The translations under genes and the position numbers were made by a program. The notes beneath the pieces were generated by a model. That model saw only the letters and a list, made by a program, of their open reading frames with translations, had not been told where the DNA came from and did no database searches. From Octopus bimaculoides (lineage: Eukaryota): a stretch of DNA of 64,000 nucleotides. Location of the stretch: assembly GCF_001194135.2 (NCBI RefSeq), contig NC_068989.1:67158736-67222735 (forward strand), in the 5' to 3' direction. Shown here piece by piece: positions 1-13,522 of the stretch; position 1 is the stretch's first letter, and each line of letters begins with the position of its first letter.

Positions 1-213
1 AAAGTTGAGAACTACTGTTTTAGACTATGGCAGCCAAAAGAGTCATCAAGTCAAATCTCAGTTATTGTGTTGTGTTATGTTCCTGCTCCAATACTTAATT
101 CATGCTACTTTAGCAGGGCTTGCGGGGACGAAATCCCTGCTACTGGTGTTGGGGGAAAATGTGGGGAGGTGAATAAGAGATACTACAATACTGTTATGAA
201 ATTTCTGTTTTAG

Positions 214-272
214 ATTTTGCTGGAACTGACTTTCCTGCCAGAGCAGCTTATCAAGTTGGTAATTTACCAAAG
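214..272 (+). CDS. RIDA: RidA/UK114 (2-iminobutanoate/2-iminopropanoate deaminase), penultimate coding exon
   Basis: tttag|AT TTT GCT...CCA AAG|gtaaat translates (Y)FAGTDFPARAAYQVGNLPK. This is the FPARAAYQVxxLPK signature with the catalytic Arg. 59 nt, ends phase 0. Earlier exons lie before the window. Confidence 0.93.
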
Positions 273-1969
273 GTAAATTTTTGATTTTTATTTGAAATTG
301 ATACCTGGAGAGATTATTATTCTTTTAAATTCTTGTCTATATTTAATTGTAATTAAAATAACACCCAGAATCCATGGAATCTTTACACTGCTTTGCAACC
401 AATGCTGGTGTGTTTACATTCCTGTAACTTAGCAGTTTGGCAAAAAAACACCAATAGAATAAGTACCAGGCTGGGGTTGATTCATTCAACTAAAATTCTT
501 CAAGGTGGTACCCCAGCATGGCCACAGTCTAATGTCTGAAACAAGTAAAAGATAAAAGATTTAAAAGTAGGATGTGATTCAAAGGATAATTGATTACTAT
601 TTCTTACAATTCAAATGACCATAGCAAGACTTCTGCATCCATTCATCAGATAATGTTATGGTTGATGGGACATCATTCATTAGCTCAGTTAATCCAGTAT
701 AAACTGATTTGTAGCAGGCAGTAGCTGAAATAGAGCAGATGTAAGCTGGGTCACAGCTGCATATATTTAAAGTATGTTAGTTATCTGTGGAATAGATGTT
801 AGCTAGGACACGACTTTAACTCTATTTAGCTCTAAGTCTTAAATTAGCACTGTAAAATGCAGTCACCAGTATAAAAGATAATATTGATAGTAGTTATATG
901 ATCAGTAGTACTAAACAAATATTTCCCTGGTTGTGGATTCTAATGTAAATAATTGGCTGGAATGTTACTGGCACTCCTAACCACAATCTTAGTGAATAAA
1001 AATTCTTTTCTGCACAAGGCACAAAATTTTGGGGGAAGGGGCCAGTTGATTATATCCACCTCCAGTATGCAACTGGTACTTAATTTATTGACCCTGAAAG
1101 GATGAAAGGCAAAGTCAACCTCGGCAGAATATGAATCCAGAACATTAAAGACAGGTGAAATACCGCTAAGCATTTCACCCGGTGTGCTAATGCTTCTGCC
1201 AGCTTGCTACCTTCTTAGTGAATAAATATTCATCATCATCATCGTTTAACGTCCGCTTTCCATGCTAGCATGGGTTGGACGATTTGACTGAGGGCTGGTG
1301 AACCAGATGGCTACACCAGGCTCCAATCTGATTTGGCAGAGTTTCTACAGCTGGATGCCTTCCTAACGCCAACCACTCCGAGAGTGTAGTGGGTGCTTTT
1401 ACGTGCCACGGGCATGAAGGCCAGTCAGGTGGTACTGGCAACGGCCACACTCAAAACGGTGTATTTTACGTGCCACCTGCACAGGAGCCAGTCCAGCGGC
1501 ACTGGCAACGATCTTGGTCGAATGTCTTTACACGTGCCAGGAAAGCAAATATTAAATATATTAAAGCAAGACATAATGATAGCTAAAAGAATATTTTAAA
1601 AAAGTACAAAAATCATAGAATTTCCTACATGTACAAAAAAAAAAAATATGCTTGAACTTGTTAAATATCTCAATCAATAGCAAAGACCATTGATTATTGA
1701 ATATAACGTTTGATCTGCATCACGTTTGTTTGTTTTTTTAGGTGCAGATGTGGCTGTGTGGTAAGAAGCTTGGTTCCTAACTACATAGTTCCAAGTCCAG
1801 TCCCACTGCATGGCTCCTTGGCAAGTGTCTTTTACTATAGCCTTGGGCTGACCAAAGCCTTGTGAGTGGNNNNNNNNNNNNNNNNNNNNNNNNNNNNNNN
1901 NNNNNNNNNNNNNNNNNNNNNNNNNNNNNNNNNNNNNNNNNNNNNNNNNNNNNNNNNNNNNNNNNNNNN

Positions 1970-2954
1970 ACAAAGTTTGAATTGTTTCTAAAGGAATTTT
2001 TCTCCATTCTTCAGCTAAAGCACTCTCCAATTCTTGTTGTGATGATGGTGGAGGATATCAACTCCTTACTTGTGTGGATTGGTGCATTATCATCCTGAAA
2101 GATTGCATTTCCCTCCAGAAGTAGTTCTGCAACCATAAGATGAATTTGATCAGATAAATTGCTTAAATAGTCTTGACTATTAATTCTGCCATGAAGGGAA
2201 ACCATTGGGCTGGCAGATTTCCAATTTCCAAGATATAGTCCCCCAAATCATCACAGATCCTCCTTCATGTTTAACAGTTGGAAGAAGGCAGTCTGGGTCA
2301 AATGCTTATTTTGGTTGTCTCTGCATGTATACTTAGCCGGTGGTCAGAAATAAGGTAAAGGATGATGATGATGACTCGTCCAAGAAAATAACATTCTTCC
2401 ACTGCTTTAGGGACCAATTCTGTAGGTTTTTACTTCACTCTAAACACTTTGCAACGTTTGTTTTTGAAAGTAGTGGTTTTCTGATTGTAGCACTCCCGTG
2501 AAATCCAGCTTTGTGCAGCTTCCAGCAAACAGTTTTTGTGGAAACTGGGTTCTTGGGGTGGTCATTAAGCTCTGCAGTAATTTTGGGAGCTTTCCGACAG
2601 TCCCTATCTGAAAGTTTTGTTTCGACGCGGAGGTTTATCCCTCTTTCTCGAAGGCTGTCATTACTTTCGAGACAGTACTTCTTGATACACCAAACATTTC
2701 AGCTGTTTTCGTTAGGCTAGTGCCTGCCATACGAGCACCAACAATTTGACCTCTTTCAAAGTACAATAGATCTGTCATTTTAATGAATTTTAATTACCTT
2801 TTTCTGATGATATCTGAAAAGAAACAGCAATTTTAACAAAACATATTAAGCAACACTAATAATAAATCAAAAAACATAAAAATAAACAAGCTTTTGACTG
2901 TTTTATAGATATTTCAAAATTATGATGCTATGATGCTATTTTGTCCAACCCCTG
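1970..2954 (-). mobile_element. Tc1-family DNA transposon remnant in the RIDA intron
   Basis: Minus-strand fragments LHGRINSQDYL...NAIFQDDNAPIHTS (second catalytic Asp) and ESALAEEWRKIPLETIQTL. TIR-like end CAGGGGTTGGACAAAA at 2954. The other end is lost in the N-gap. Confidence 0.8.
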
Positions 2955-3816
2955 TGTGTATATATATATATTATTTATTTACATACACACACACACACGT
3001 GTGTATGTGTCTTCGTGTTTGTCCCCACCACCACTTGACAACTAGTGTTGGTGTATTTATGTCCCCATAATTTAGTAGTTTGACAAAAACATTAAGCACC
3101 GGGGTCAACTCATTCAACTAAAAGGTTTTGAAGGCGGTGCCCCAGCATGGCTGCAGTCTAATGACTGAAACAAGAAAAAGATAAAAGCACAAGATCAATC
3201 TTTGTAAAGGTCGTTGTTGCAGTCATTTGAATCAATGCCTGTATATTACGGATATTTAGTCAGTCTAGCGCTGTCCCAAACCAAGTTGCCTCTTATGTAG
3301 TCACTTGTCCTTTTTTAGAAATGACAGTAAATCTCATAGATCGCACATTCCATCGTCTTAACAAAGGACACATTGGATAATGTAATTATGTAGTCCTTGG
3401 TTCACTATGCTGTGTGTGTGTGTGTGTGTGAGAGAGAGACGGACGGATGATGGTCTCCATTGAATTACCTTTGATCAAAGGTCTGCTCAATCAGGGCTGA
3501 CCCAGGGTTGAACAACAGTGAGGTAATATGTGGTGGAGTATGGTAGGGAAAAGGGAAAAGGGAAGGGATTGGTGACGGTAGTGGGAGGGGTTATTGAAAA
3601 GAAAGGGACAGGGAGAAACAGTGGGTGAGGGTAGTGGGAGAAGGAAAGGCTAAAGGGCATCCTCCTGTTTATTGATGGAACAGGTTTATGTAACGTGTTT
3701 GTTGCTCGCTGGACTTGTTATGGCAGTGAGAGGGAGAGAGTAAGGGAGAATCTACGTATTTCAGGGGAGAGAATCACTTCTTATTTTTTTTTACTTCTAA
3801 GTTTTTAAGTTGGAAT

Positions 3817-4039
3817 TCTTTTATTCTTTTACTCGTTGAAGTCATTTGACTGCGGCCATGCTGGAGCATCGCTTTGAAGTGTTTTTGTCGAACAATTCAA
3901 CGCCAGGACTTATTTTTAAGCCTAGTACTTATTTTATTGGTCTCTTTGACAAACTGCTAAGTTACGGGGGCATATATACACACTAACACCAGTTGTCAAG
4001 TGATGATGGTGGGGTGAACAAACACAAACACAGACACAA

Positions 4040-4076
<37 letters not shown>

Positions 4077-4243
4077 TACATGCATGACAGGCTTTCATTT
4101 TCCGTCTACCAAATCCACTCAAAAGGCTTTGGTCAGCCCAAGGATATAGTAGAAGACACTTGCCCAAGGTACTACACAGTGGGACTGAACCTGGAACCAT
4201 GTGGCTGGGAAGCAAGCTTCTTAAAACAGCCATCCCTGCGCCT
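3817..4243 (-). mobile_element. SINE family A copy in the RIDA intron
   Basis: Reverse complement of the 5287-5699 family with an internal (CA)n. Confidence 0.85.
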
Positions 4244-4714
4244 GGTTTGGTTTTTTTTTTCTCTTTATGGAAGGCATGAAAAGGGAAAAGCAGCCATGTT
4301 TTTTCATAAGATCTTTTATTATTACCAAAATATCTATGTATGGTTCCATTTTGGCTTTATTAGATTTATATAATATTGTTGTATTTTAGAATAGTCATTT
4401 TACCTATAAAAATACACACTTGTTTTACTTCTATATTATTATTATTATGAGACAACTAGTTAATTAATTAACCAATTAACTAAATTGGTTGATTGATTAA
4501 CTCATTCAATCAGTTTGTCAGTCTTTTCTTTGCCTTTAGCACCCTCATCAGCAGTTTGCCTTCTTGTGCCAAAGATATATAAAGCCCTTTAAAAACCATC
4601 TGTTAATATTTAGTCAGTGCTGTATCTAATTTTCCTTTGCTAACTCTAGTAATTGAATCTTAGGGTAATTTTTTTTTCTTCTTTATTCTCTGTTTGCTTT
4701 CTTTTTTATTACAG

Positions 4715-4768
4715 CTTGCACGTGTTGAGATAGAGGCTATCGCTGTGTTAGCTAACAGTCAGTTGTAA
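4715..4768 (+). CDS. RIDA: RidA/UK114 terminal coding exon
   Basis: Long pyrimidine tract, then acag|CTT GCA CGT GTT GAG ATA GAG GCT ATC GCT...TAA = LARVEIEAIAVLANSQL*. Matches the Rid family C-terminal (R/K)VEIEAIA motif and is in phase with exon 214-272. Confidence 0.93.
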   Translation, partial: LARVEIEAIAVLANSQL

Positions 4769-4829
4769 CCTGGTGCTAATTACCTGAAACTAAAATATTC
4801 ACAGAGATTTCATACAATAGTTTTGATAT

Positions 4830-4835
4830 AATAAA
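4830..4835 (+). promoter_or_regulatory. Candidate RIDA polyadenylation signal
   Basis: AATAAA about 60 nt after the stop codon, followed by GT/T-rich sequence (tgtgttattgtt). Confidence 0.5.
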
Positions 4836-5286
4836 CTTACAAAGAAATTCTATAAAATTGTGTGTTATTGTTATTTCTTAAAATGTGGGGAAAAAAACAA
4901 ACATATGTATAATTTATTCTATCAAAGGTGCCACTGAAAATATACTGATGGTCAACTAGCTGGACCATGTCACAAATGAAGAGATTCTGAAAGCAACAAG
5001 GTCAGAGTCACTGCAAGAGATTGTATCAGTACCAGTTTCGCCTAACTGGCCAGGTACTCACAAACAGCCATGATTTGGGTACCAACTGATGGCAAGGCAG
5101 ATATCACTCCACAGTAGACATTTCAAGAAGATCTGAAGACAGTCAACATTACATCGAATGAATGTACAAGAGTAGCAGCCAACTGAACCTGGAGGAGGAA
5201 GCTTGCCACCCAAAGTGCTGAGCTGTGCAGCAAACCTAAAGCTAAAATACATACATACATACATACATACATACATACATACATAG

Positions 5287-5699
5287 GTGCAGGCGTGGGT
5301 GTGTGATTAGAAGCTTGCTTCCCAACCACACGGTTCAGAATTCAGTCCCACTACATGGCACCTTGGGCAAGTGTCTTCTACTATAGCCTCGGGCCGACCA
5401 AAGCCTTGTAAGTGGATTTGGTAGACGGAAACTAAAAGAAGCCCGTCGTATATATATATGTGTATGTGTGTATATGTATGCATGTGTATATATGTGTGTC
5501 TCTGTCCCCTCACCATTGCTTGACAACCAATGTTGGTATGTTTACATCCCTGTAACTTAGCGGTTCAGTAAAAGAGATCAATACAATAAGTACCAGGCTT
5601 ACAAAGAATAAGTCCAAGGATCGATTTCTTCGACTAAAAGGCGGTGCTCCAGCATTGCCACAGTCAAAATGACTGAAACAAGTAAAAGAATAAAAGAAT
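5287..5699 (+). mobile_element. tRNA-derived SINE family A, full length, with internal (TA/TG)n
   Basis: Head GCAGGCGTGG.TGTGTG...GGTTCAG..TTCAGTCCC (A/B-box-like); 3' end GACTGAAACAAGTAAAAGAATAAAAG. More than 20 full or partial copies in the window. Confidence 0.85.
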
Positions 5700-6719
5700 C
5701 TATATGTAGATATAATATATTTTCTAAAGAAAAGTAAAGTTCTTTCCTGAGTCATATAGATTCCTTGGGCCAGTTTCCCTGGCTTATATACTCCCCACCT
5801 GGACTGGACGCCAGTCCATCATAGGATTATTCATTTTTACCAGATGAATGATTAGAAGCAAAGTGAAATGAAGTGTTTTGCTCAAGAACACAACACATCG
5901 CCTGATCCAGGAATCAAAACCACAGTCTTACAATCATGAGCCCAACACCCTAACCACTAAGCCATGTACCTCTACAATAAATATATATATATATATATAT
6001 ATANNNNNNNNNNNNNNNNNNNNNNNNNNNNNNNNNNNNNNNNNNNNNNNNNNNNNNNNNNNNNNNNNNNNNNNNNNNNNNNNNNNNNNNNNNNNNNNNN
6101 NNNNNNNNNNNNNNNNNNNNNNNNNNNNNNNNNNNNNNNNNNNNNNNNNNNNNNNNNNNNNNNNNNNNNNNNNNNNNNNNNNNNNNNNNNNNNNNNNNNN
6201 NNNNNNNNNNNNNNNNNNNNNNNNNNNNNNNNNNNNNNNNNNNNNNNNNNNNNNNNNNNNNNNNNNNNNNNNNNNNNNNNNNNNNNNNNNNNNNNNNNNN
6301 NNNNNNNNNNNNNNNNNNNNNNNNNNNNNNNNNNNNNNNNNNNNNNNNNNNNNNNNNNNNNNNNNNNNNNNNNNNNNNNNNNNNNNNNNNNNNNNNNNNN
6401 NNNNNNNNNNNNNNNNNNNNNNNNNNNNNNNNNNNNNNNNNNNNNNNNNNNNNNNNNNNNNNNNNNNNNNNNNNNNNNNNNNNNNNNNNNNNNNNNNNNN
6501 NNNNNNNNNNNNNNNNNNNNNNNNNNNNNNNNNNNNNNNNNNNNNNNNNNNNNNNNNNNNNNNNNNNNNNNNNNNNNNNNNNNNNNNNNNNNNNNNNNNN
6601 NNNNNNNNNNNNNNNNNNNNNNNNNNNNNNNNNNNNNNNNNNNNNNNNNNNNNNNNNNNNNNNNNNNNNNNNNNNNNNNNNNNNNNNNNNNNNNNNNNNN
6701 NNNNNNNNNNNNNNNNNNN

Positions 6720-7052
6720 ATGAGATGCACCATTTTGAGCATGGCTGTTGCCAGTACCGCCTGACTGGCTCCCGTAGGATTTTCGAGCGAGATCGTTGCC
6801 AGTGCCCCTGGACTGGCTTGTGCGGGTGGCACATAAAAGACACCATTTCGAGCATGGCCGTTTTCGTGCGGGTGACACGTAAAAGCACCCACTACACTCT
6901 CTGAGTGGTTGGCGTTAGGAAGGGCATCCAGCTGTAGAAACTCTGCCAAATTAGATTGGAGCCTGGTGTTGCCATCCGGTTTCACCAGTCCTCAGTCAAA
7001 TCGTCCAACCCATGCTAGCATGGAAAGCGGACGTTAAACGATGATGATGATA
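6720..7052 (+). mobile_element. Family C: (TGA)n-tailed LINE-3'-end/SINE-like repeat
   Basis: TTGGCGTTAGGAAGGGCATCCAGC...GGACGTTAAACGATGATGAT. Near-identical copies at 1232-1555 (-), 17147-17300 (+) and 63762-64000 (-); older copies at about 15000, 41590, 44415, 52080 and 57365. Confidence 0.8.
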
Positions 7053-8016
7053 TATACACACACACACATATTATATAGTGTAAACAGATAGCGGTTGTAA
7101 TAACCGACTAAGGGATAAAAAATCCATATGTACTATTGGTATCCCTTACCCGTATTATCCCCGGGCATTGGTGTGCAGGCACACTCTGCTCATAGAGTGC
7201 AGGTAACAACAGGATAAACAAGAGTTTATCAGGATTTGTATTTATTTATATTTATATATACACACACACGTATAAAAAAAGTTCTTTCTAGCATAAACTG
7301 TTCCCCAATGATCCATAGTGATTATGCATCCAATTACACTTGTTGCATACGATGCAGGATTCCAAACAATCACAAAGGTGAAACATATGTAGGAACAAAT
7401 GACATAAACCTGTGTTTATTATAATTTCTCCTACATTTGCTTTGTATATCATAACTAGTAATATTATTAAGTATAGTTGTTACTTAATCATTATACTGGA
7501 TCAGGATAATCTATGTGGAACTCTAAACTCAACAGTAGCAGTGGTACATCATTTTGTACATGTAACATACTAGTATATTTGATAGACTCTCCTGTCAAAG
7601 GTAACATGAGTGTCCAGTGAGAATACAAACAAAAAAAAAATCCAACCAGGAATCATGTAATAACAGCAGAAACTGAAAAACAAACAAGCTGGTTTTGCCA
7701 GAAAACTATACCGATATACAAATAGTCAATTAACAATTTAATCACACTACTATCACTACTATTCACCAATGTTTGCAGTTATATCACTTCACCTGGAGAC
7801 TTCTCATGAACATGACTTATTAAACCAGCATGTAACCTAATTGAAAAATCACAATGTGTACAATGGAGGTTTGTTAGAAGACTTATTCTGTTGGTCTATT
7901 TTCCTGTTACTGATCTTGATGAAACACACTTCAGGTTTGGAAATTTTGAAACTGGAGAACACACTCCTCCAGTCTGTGTATGTGTGTACATACACACACA
8001 CATATGTATGACTGTG

Positions 8017-8051
<35 letters not shown>

Positions 8052-9978
8052 GCATGTACACATATATACATATATGTATGTATATGTGTGTGAGTTTGTA
8101 TTTCTCTTGTTTTCGTGTGTGTTCATTGGTTTGTAAGCAATGTATGTCTTCACTGACTGAAGTTTGCTTGCTGTCCAGCACAAAAGCACATCCTCACTTC
8201 TTGACATGTTGGGCTATCTTTGTAAACAAAAAGCTCCTTAATATGGTGCCATTTGTTTCCATTTCTCTGCATAAAACCTGTCTGGGTTACTTATTGTTTG
8301 ATACACTGGCAGATCATTACCTTGCTCAGAAACAATTGGAAGTCGGTGACAATATAGGCATTTGGCCTTAGAAAATTCTGCCTCAATGTACACTCATCTA
8401 ACCTGTACAAGCATGGAAAAGTAGACATTAAAATGATGATGGTGATGAATTCAGCTGCTGTGTGGATCTAATATAACCGTCCATACAGATTTATAAACCA
8501 AATAACTCCCTTCAAGGAATGTTAATCTATGAAAATAAGTTTCTTGGTACAGTAATAATTGTGACTAACTAAGATAAATAACATGGTAGTTAATTATATT
8601 ACACTGTGTAACATTTTTTTTTTGTTTGTTTTGTCTTTGTTATTTCTTATTTGCTTCTATCTGGAAATCAAAGGAAATGATTGCTATTTCCTTTAAACTT
8701 TGCTTTTGTGACCTAGACATCAATGTTTTGAAACTAACCTATTTTCCAATACATTTCAGACAGACTCAGCACTGAGTTGCTGAAGCAGAAATATCATTAC
8801 AGCAAATATTCTGCTCAGTACCACAGATTTGCTTGTCAGTTGCATGACCTTAACCACTTGAGCATATCCCTTAGTGGCTGACAATGTGTATCTCTGATCA
8901 TGAGCAGGAGTTGTGAGGGAGCATCATAATCATATGTTGAGAGGGATTCTTTGGTGTTTGAATAAATGTGGACTCCCCATTTGTAAATGATAGATGAGGG
9001 TTTAGCAATTTCTTGCCAAGCAACCTGTACAGATGATTTATTTATAGTCATCAAATGTTTGTGCTGTACATGATCTCACTCCCCTTCCATCATGTCAGCA
9101 TTGATTGTACAGGGGTAACAGTGTGCCACACATCAGATGTCAAAATGATTGCTGGCATGGATTTTCAGCCAGTTGTTGTCTGTAAACTGATTCCTTAGGT
9201 TAGGAAACACCTTATTCATTAATTCCTTTAAATCAGATACCATATGTCCAAAAGGCCAGCTTACCTGGAAGGAAAATGAATGGGTTATTTCCTTTGGCTC
9301 TCAAAGGAAAATATATTGATTATATATGTAGACCCCTTCTAGGGGCCCTGGCCATCCCATTATAAATTTTTATTAAACTTCATTGAGCATAGTAACAAAC
9401 TGGATGTTACATGAACATGTTTGCAAAGTTTCACGAAAATGTGTTAATGGCTGTAAATAGCAGCTTGACACAGACAACTTGCATTTATATATGTATAGAT
9501 GTGATCTGAGAGATGGAAATGGTGAACCGGTTCACCATTACCATCTCTCAAGCTTGCTGAATCTTCTCGTCAGTGGTGGAGGTTGACAGGTGTCCTGCTC
9601 CCTGTCTGTGTGTCAGGCTAATCCAGCCACTTTTAAACTTCTCTGTCCACTCATACATACTTCTACATGGTAGTGCACTGTCCCTGTACTGTGCTAAAAG
9701 CCTCCAATGAATTTTAGCACCTGACACACCTGATACACCTTCTCACCAGAGAAATCAGATCACTGCTCTTTGTTCTTCTTTGGTGCACATTGCTAGTGGA
9801 GCAGCCATGCTTACACTCTAAAGCTAGAAAGAAAAATGGTGCAATCAGACTCAAACTTCGATCACGTGACCACAATAGTACAAACTATAAACATACATGC
9901 ACAGAAGTCAGTGTAACAATAATAAAAATATGTTATTGTGAAAGGGCAGATAATTTTTGACTTCCCCTCTTATATATA

Positions 9979-10027
<49 letters not shown>

Positions 10028-10129
10028 ATATATATATAGGTGCAGGAGTGACTGTGTGGTAAGTAGCTTGCTTACCAACTACATGATTCCAGGTTCAGTC
10101 CACCTGCGTAGTGGGACCTTGTGCAAGTG

Positions 10130-10456
10130 TCGGATCTATTTCAAAACGGGGGCACCAGTTTTCATTTATGTTTCATGTAGTGTTTTTGGTACCGAAAGAC
10201 TTTCAAACTTCGTATACTTATCTATTTTGTGTTATAGAACAGAAAAAATTTTTTGTATTCGAATTTATTTCATGTAAAAAATTGTCTTATTTCGATAATT
10301 TCTACTAATCACTGACGTCTATTCAGTTGAAAACAGTTAGCGCTGTAACGGTGTATATCGTATTAATCCCCTAACCCTAACTAGACTGTTAACCCTAACC
10401 CTAACTCTAGAATCCGAACTCTAAAATTGTTACGCACATAGATACGCACATAGATA
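10130..10456. repeat. Unclassified element with CCCTAA motifs that truncates a SINE A head
   Basis: The SINE stops at GCAAGTGTC. The element contains CCCTAACCCTAA twice (10369-10405) and runs into an N-gap. Confidence 0.4.
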
Positions 10457-10823
10457 NNNNNNNNNNNNNNNNNNNNNNNNNNNNNNNNNNNNNNNNNNNN
10501 NNNNNNNNNNNNNNNNNNNNNNNNNNNNNNNNNNNNNNNNNNNNNNNNNNNNNNNNNNNNNNNNNNNNNNNNNNNNNNNNNNNNNNNNNNNNNNNNNNNN
10601 NNNNNNNNNNNNNNNNNNNNNNNNNNNNNNNNNNNNNNNNNNNNNNNNNNNNNNNNNNNNNNNNNNNNNNNNNNNNNNNNNNNNNNNNNNNNNNNNNNNN
10701 NNNNNNNNNNNNNNNNNNNNNNNNNNNNNNNNNNNNNNNNNNNNNNNNNNNNNNNNNNNNNNNNNNNNNNNNNNNNNNNNNNNNNNNNNNNNNNNNNNNN
10801 NNNNNNNNNNNNNNNNNNNNNNN

Positions 10824-10865
<42 letters not shown>

Positions 10866-12308
10866 GATTCACATTATAGAATTTAAAATATACTTGCCTA
10901 AATAAAGGGTTAGTTATCAGATGTTTCACATGATGTGGGCCAAGAATAACAACCATGACTGAGGAAATAAATTAATTTTTTCGTTAATGTAATGACATGG
11001 CATGGTGTGGTAGTGTTTTTTCTTTCTTTTTTTTTTTCTATTTTATTGCTGATACTATCTGTTGGCTACATCTTGGTTTCCTTCATCTTCAGGGAAAACC
11101 ATGTCAGGCAACAAGGAAATATTACCTAGTTTGGAAGCAGAAAGGTCATCCTGCCATAGAAAATTTGCCTCAACAAATTCTGTCTGACAAGGGATAATAT
11201 GGGAAAGTAATAATAGGGTATCCTGATAATAGGAATGATAGGGTGTGTTGGTAGAGGTGATGGTAGCAGTGGCAGAAAGGGAAGGTGGAAAGCAGCAGTG
11301 GTGGTAGTGTTGGTGTTGGTGGTCATGGTGGTTTTAGTGTTCATGATGGTGATGGTGATAGTGATGTTAATGGGGTATGCTGATGATGATAGGGTGAGAT
11401 GGCGGCTGTGGTGGTGAAATCAGATTGAATAATACAGCTATAATTTAAGTTGCTTACAACCCAAGCCACACTACCAATTTCTCTTTGAGCCAGAGCTAAT
11501 TCAAAAATGAGAAAACATTGTGTCACATTTACTTCACAAGAGCGAGTGAACTTTTCACACTCTCCCATTAAGTGTTTCATGTTGTAGTGGGTAACACAGA
11601 GAGCTAGCACTGACATACAAATAACATTGGTTATGTTCTCTTAATAAATTACTTCACTGATTATTTTGTTGGGTAAAGGCTGCAGAGGGGAAAAAGTCAG
11701 TGTTTGACATTTCAAGTTCAGTAGACAGAAGAGCTGCTAACATAGTTTTATTTTTATTTTCATGTTGAGGGATATTTTTATGTCAAAATTCTGCATCTTT
11801 TTTTTTTTTTTTGCTGACATTGCTATATCTTGAAATTTGAGTTGATAAACTAATTAACCCTTTTGATACTAATCTGCTCTGGTTCTATGGCATGTGGCAA
11901 AAAGACCTCCCAGATTCATCAGTTTTCATAAATGTTTCAACAGCTAACACGAAGTGTGCACTGGTTCAAACCATAATTGTAACAGGAAAAAAAAAAAGTA
12001 AATCGTAAAACATCAGCTGAAAACATCATTACTGCCTGCCTAACTGTACAAGTGTCACATCAAAGGTCAAGTAAAATATGGAATGTTTTGCTGCTGCACT
12101 CTGTGCAATACAACTTCCTGTTTTAAAAGTATAGCTGTATGGTTAAGATGCTTACTTATGAAGCATGTGGTCTTTGGTTCAGTCCTATTGTACAACACAT
12201 TGGGCAAGTGACTTCTATTTGAAGTTGTAGAAATGTCTTCTGCTACTTTGAGTAAAAACAAAGCCTTGAGAGTAGATTTTGTAGACAGAAAGAAGCCTGT
12301 TGTTGTCA

Positions 12309-12342
<34 letters not shown>

Positions 12343-13349
12343 GTGTGCATCAATGTATGTATATGTATAAATGTGTGTGTGTGTGTGTGTGTGTGTGGTT
12401 AAATAGCTTGTTGTTGGCAGGCTATTTTACAATAGAATGTCTTATATAAATTTTTATTTATTCCATGTCAGAGCAGGCCTTCCCTGACAGATAGACCTCT
12501 TAATCAGGACAGATTTGTGCAATTTTTCAGAAAAATACTTCGTTGAGAATTTTTCTCCTTTTTTAATTATTTACTTGTCTGTTCAACCGTTTCACATGAC
12601 TTTATTCATTAAAACTTCAGAAGTTCTTCCAACTTAGGTTATTGCAATGATTTGCTTTTGTTTGTTTATTAAAAATTCCTCCTCTTAATGATTTTACTTT
12701 CATTTCGTGATAGACAGCTATCATGCAGAAAATACCAGCTTCCAAATCCTGTTTTCTCATTAGGTAAAGTTGATTAAACTTTAAACCTCAGTAACATTTT
12801 TCTGCAACTTTTCTGGAACAAATGAATAGCAAAATCAGATTCAACACGGAAAATTATTTCAATGTACCAAATTTGGAAATTTTGACGTAATTTTAAAATC
12901 TCACAATATGTGACAGCAACAGGGAAGACCCTACAAAAGTAGAGACAGACAGTTATAGGACGTCTCACACAGATACACACACACACACACACATTTACAC
13001 AAGTAATCACGAGTTTAAAACGGTGTATAGTAGACATGTGTATGTATGTATATGTATGTGTGTGTGTGAGTGTTTTTTTGTGAGGGACAGCAAAAAAGCC
13101 ACCCACCCTCTCTCTCCTTAAAGCTATGTATTCCTCACATGTGTGTGTGTGTGTGTGTGTGTGTGTTGTATCTATTTATTTATAAAAGTATGTATGCAGC
13201 ATTGCGTGTATATGACAGCTATAGTAATGTTATCATTCCATTGCCACCACTGTTCTCGTCTTCACTGATATAAGTCACCCTCTCTCTGTTGCTACCTTTC
13301 CTTCAGTCTAATACTTTTTGCAACCTTCTCATTTTATCATATATAATTC

Positions 13350-13522
13350 GCTCAACGCCCCTGGGGATCACATTATAGATTTTTATTGAAACCCAATTAG
13401 CCTATTATTGAACTGAATGTTAGTGTAACTTGTATGCAAAGTTTTGTGAATATTTGTTTGCTGGTTTAGGCACTAAGATAGTAACAGACAGACAGACAAA
13501 TTGCCATTTATATATATAGATA
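13350..13522 (+). mobile_element. Possible non-autonomous Helitron-like fragment
   Basis: GCAAAGTTTT/TCA...(GACA)n...TTTATATATATAGAT architecture, also at 9330-9500. The class call rests on recalled similarity to Lep1-type elements. Confidence 0.3.

Noticed and set aside
1-213. Stop-free frame from position 1 to 213
   Set aside because: No ATG context, not in frame with the RIDA exon, and lies in the intron; consistent with chance.
5878-6985. Long ORFs made of X (also about 1.8, 10.5, 44 and 58 kb)
   Set aside because: They run through N-gaps (1870-1969, 6004-6719, 10457-10823, 43999-44405, 51766-51775, 57846-58416) and are artefacts.
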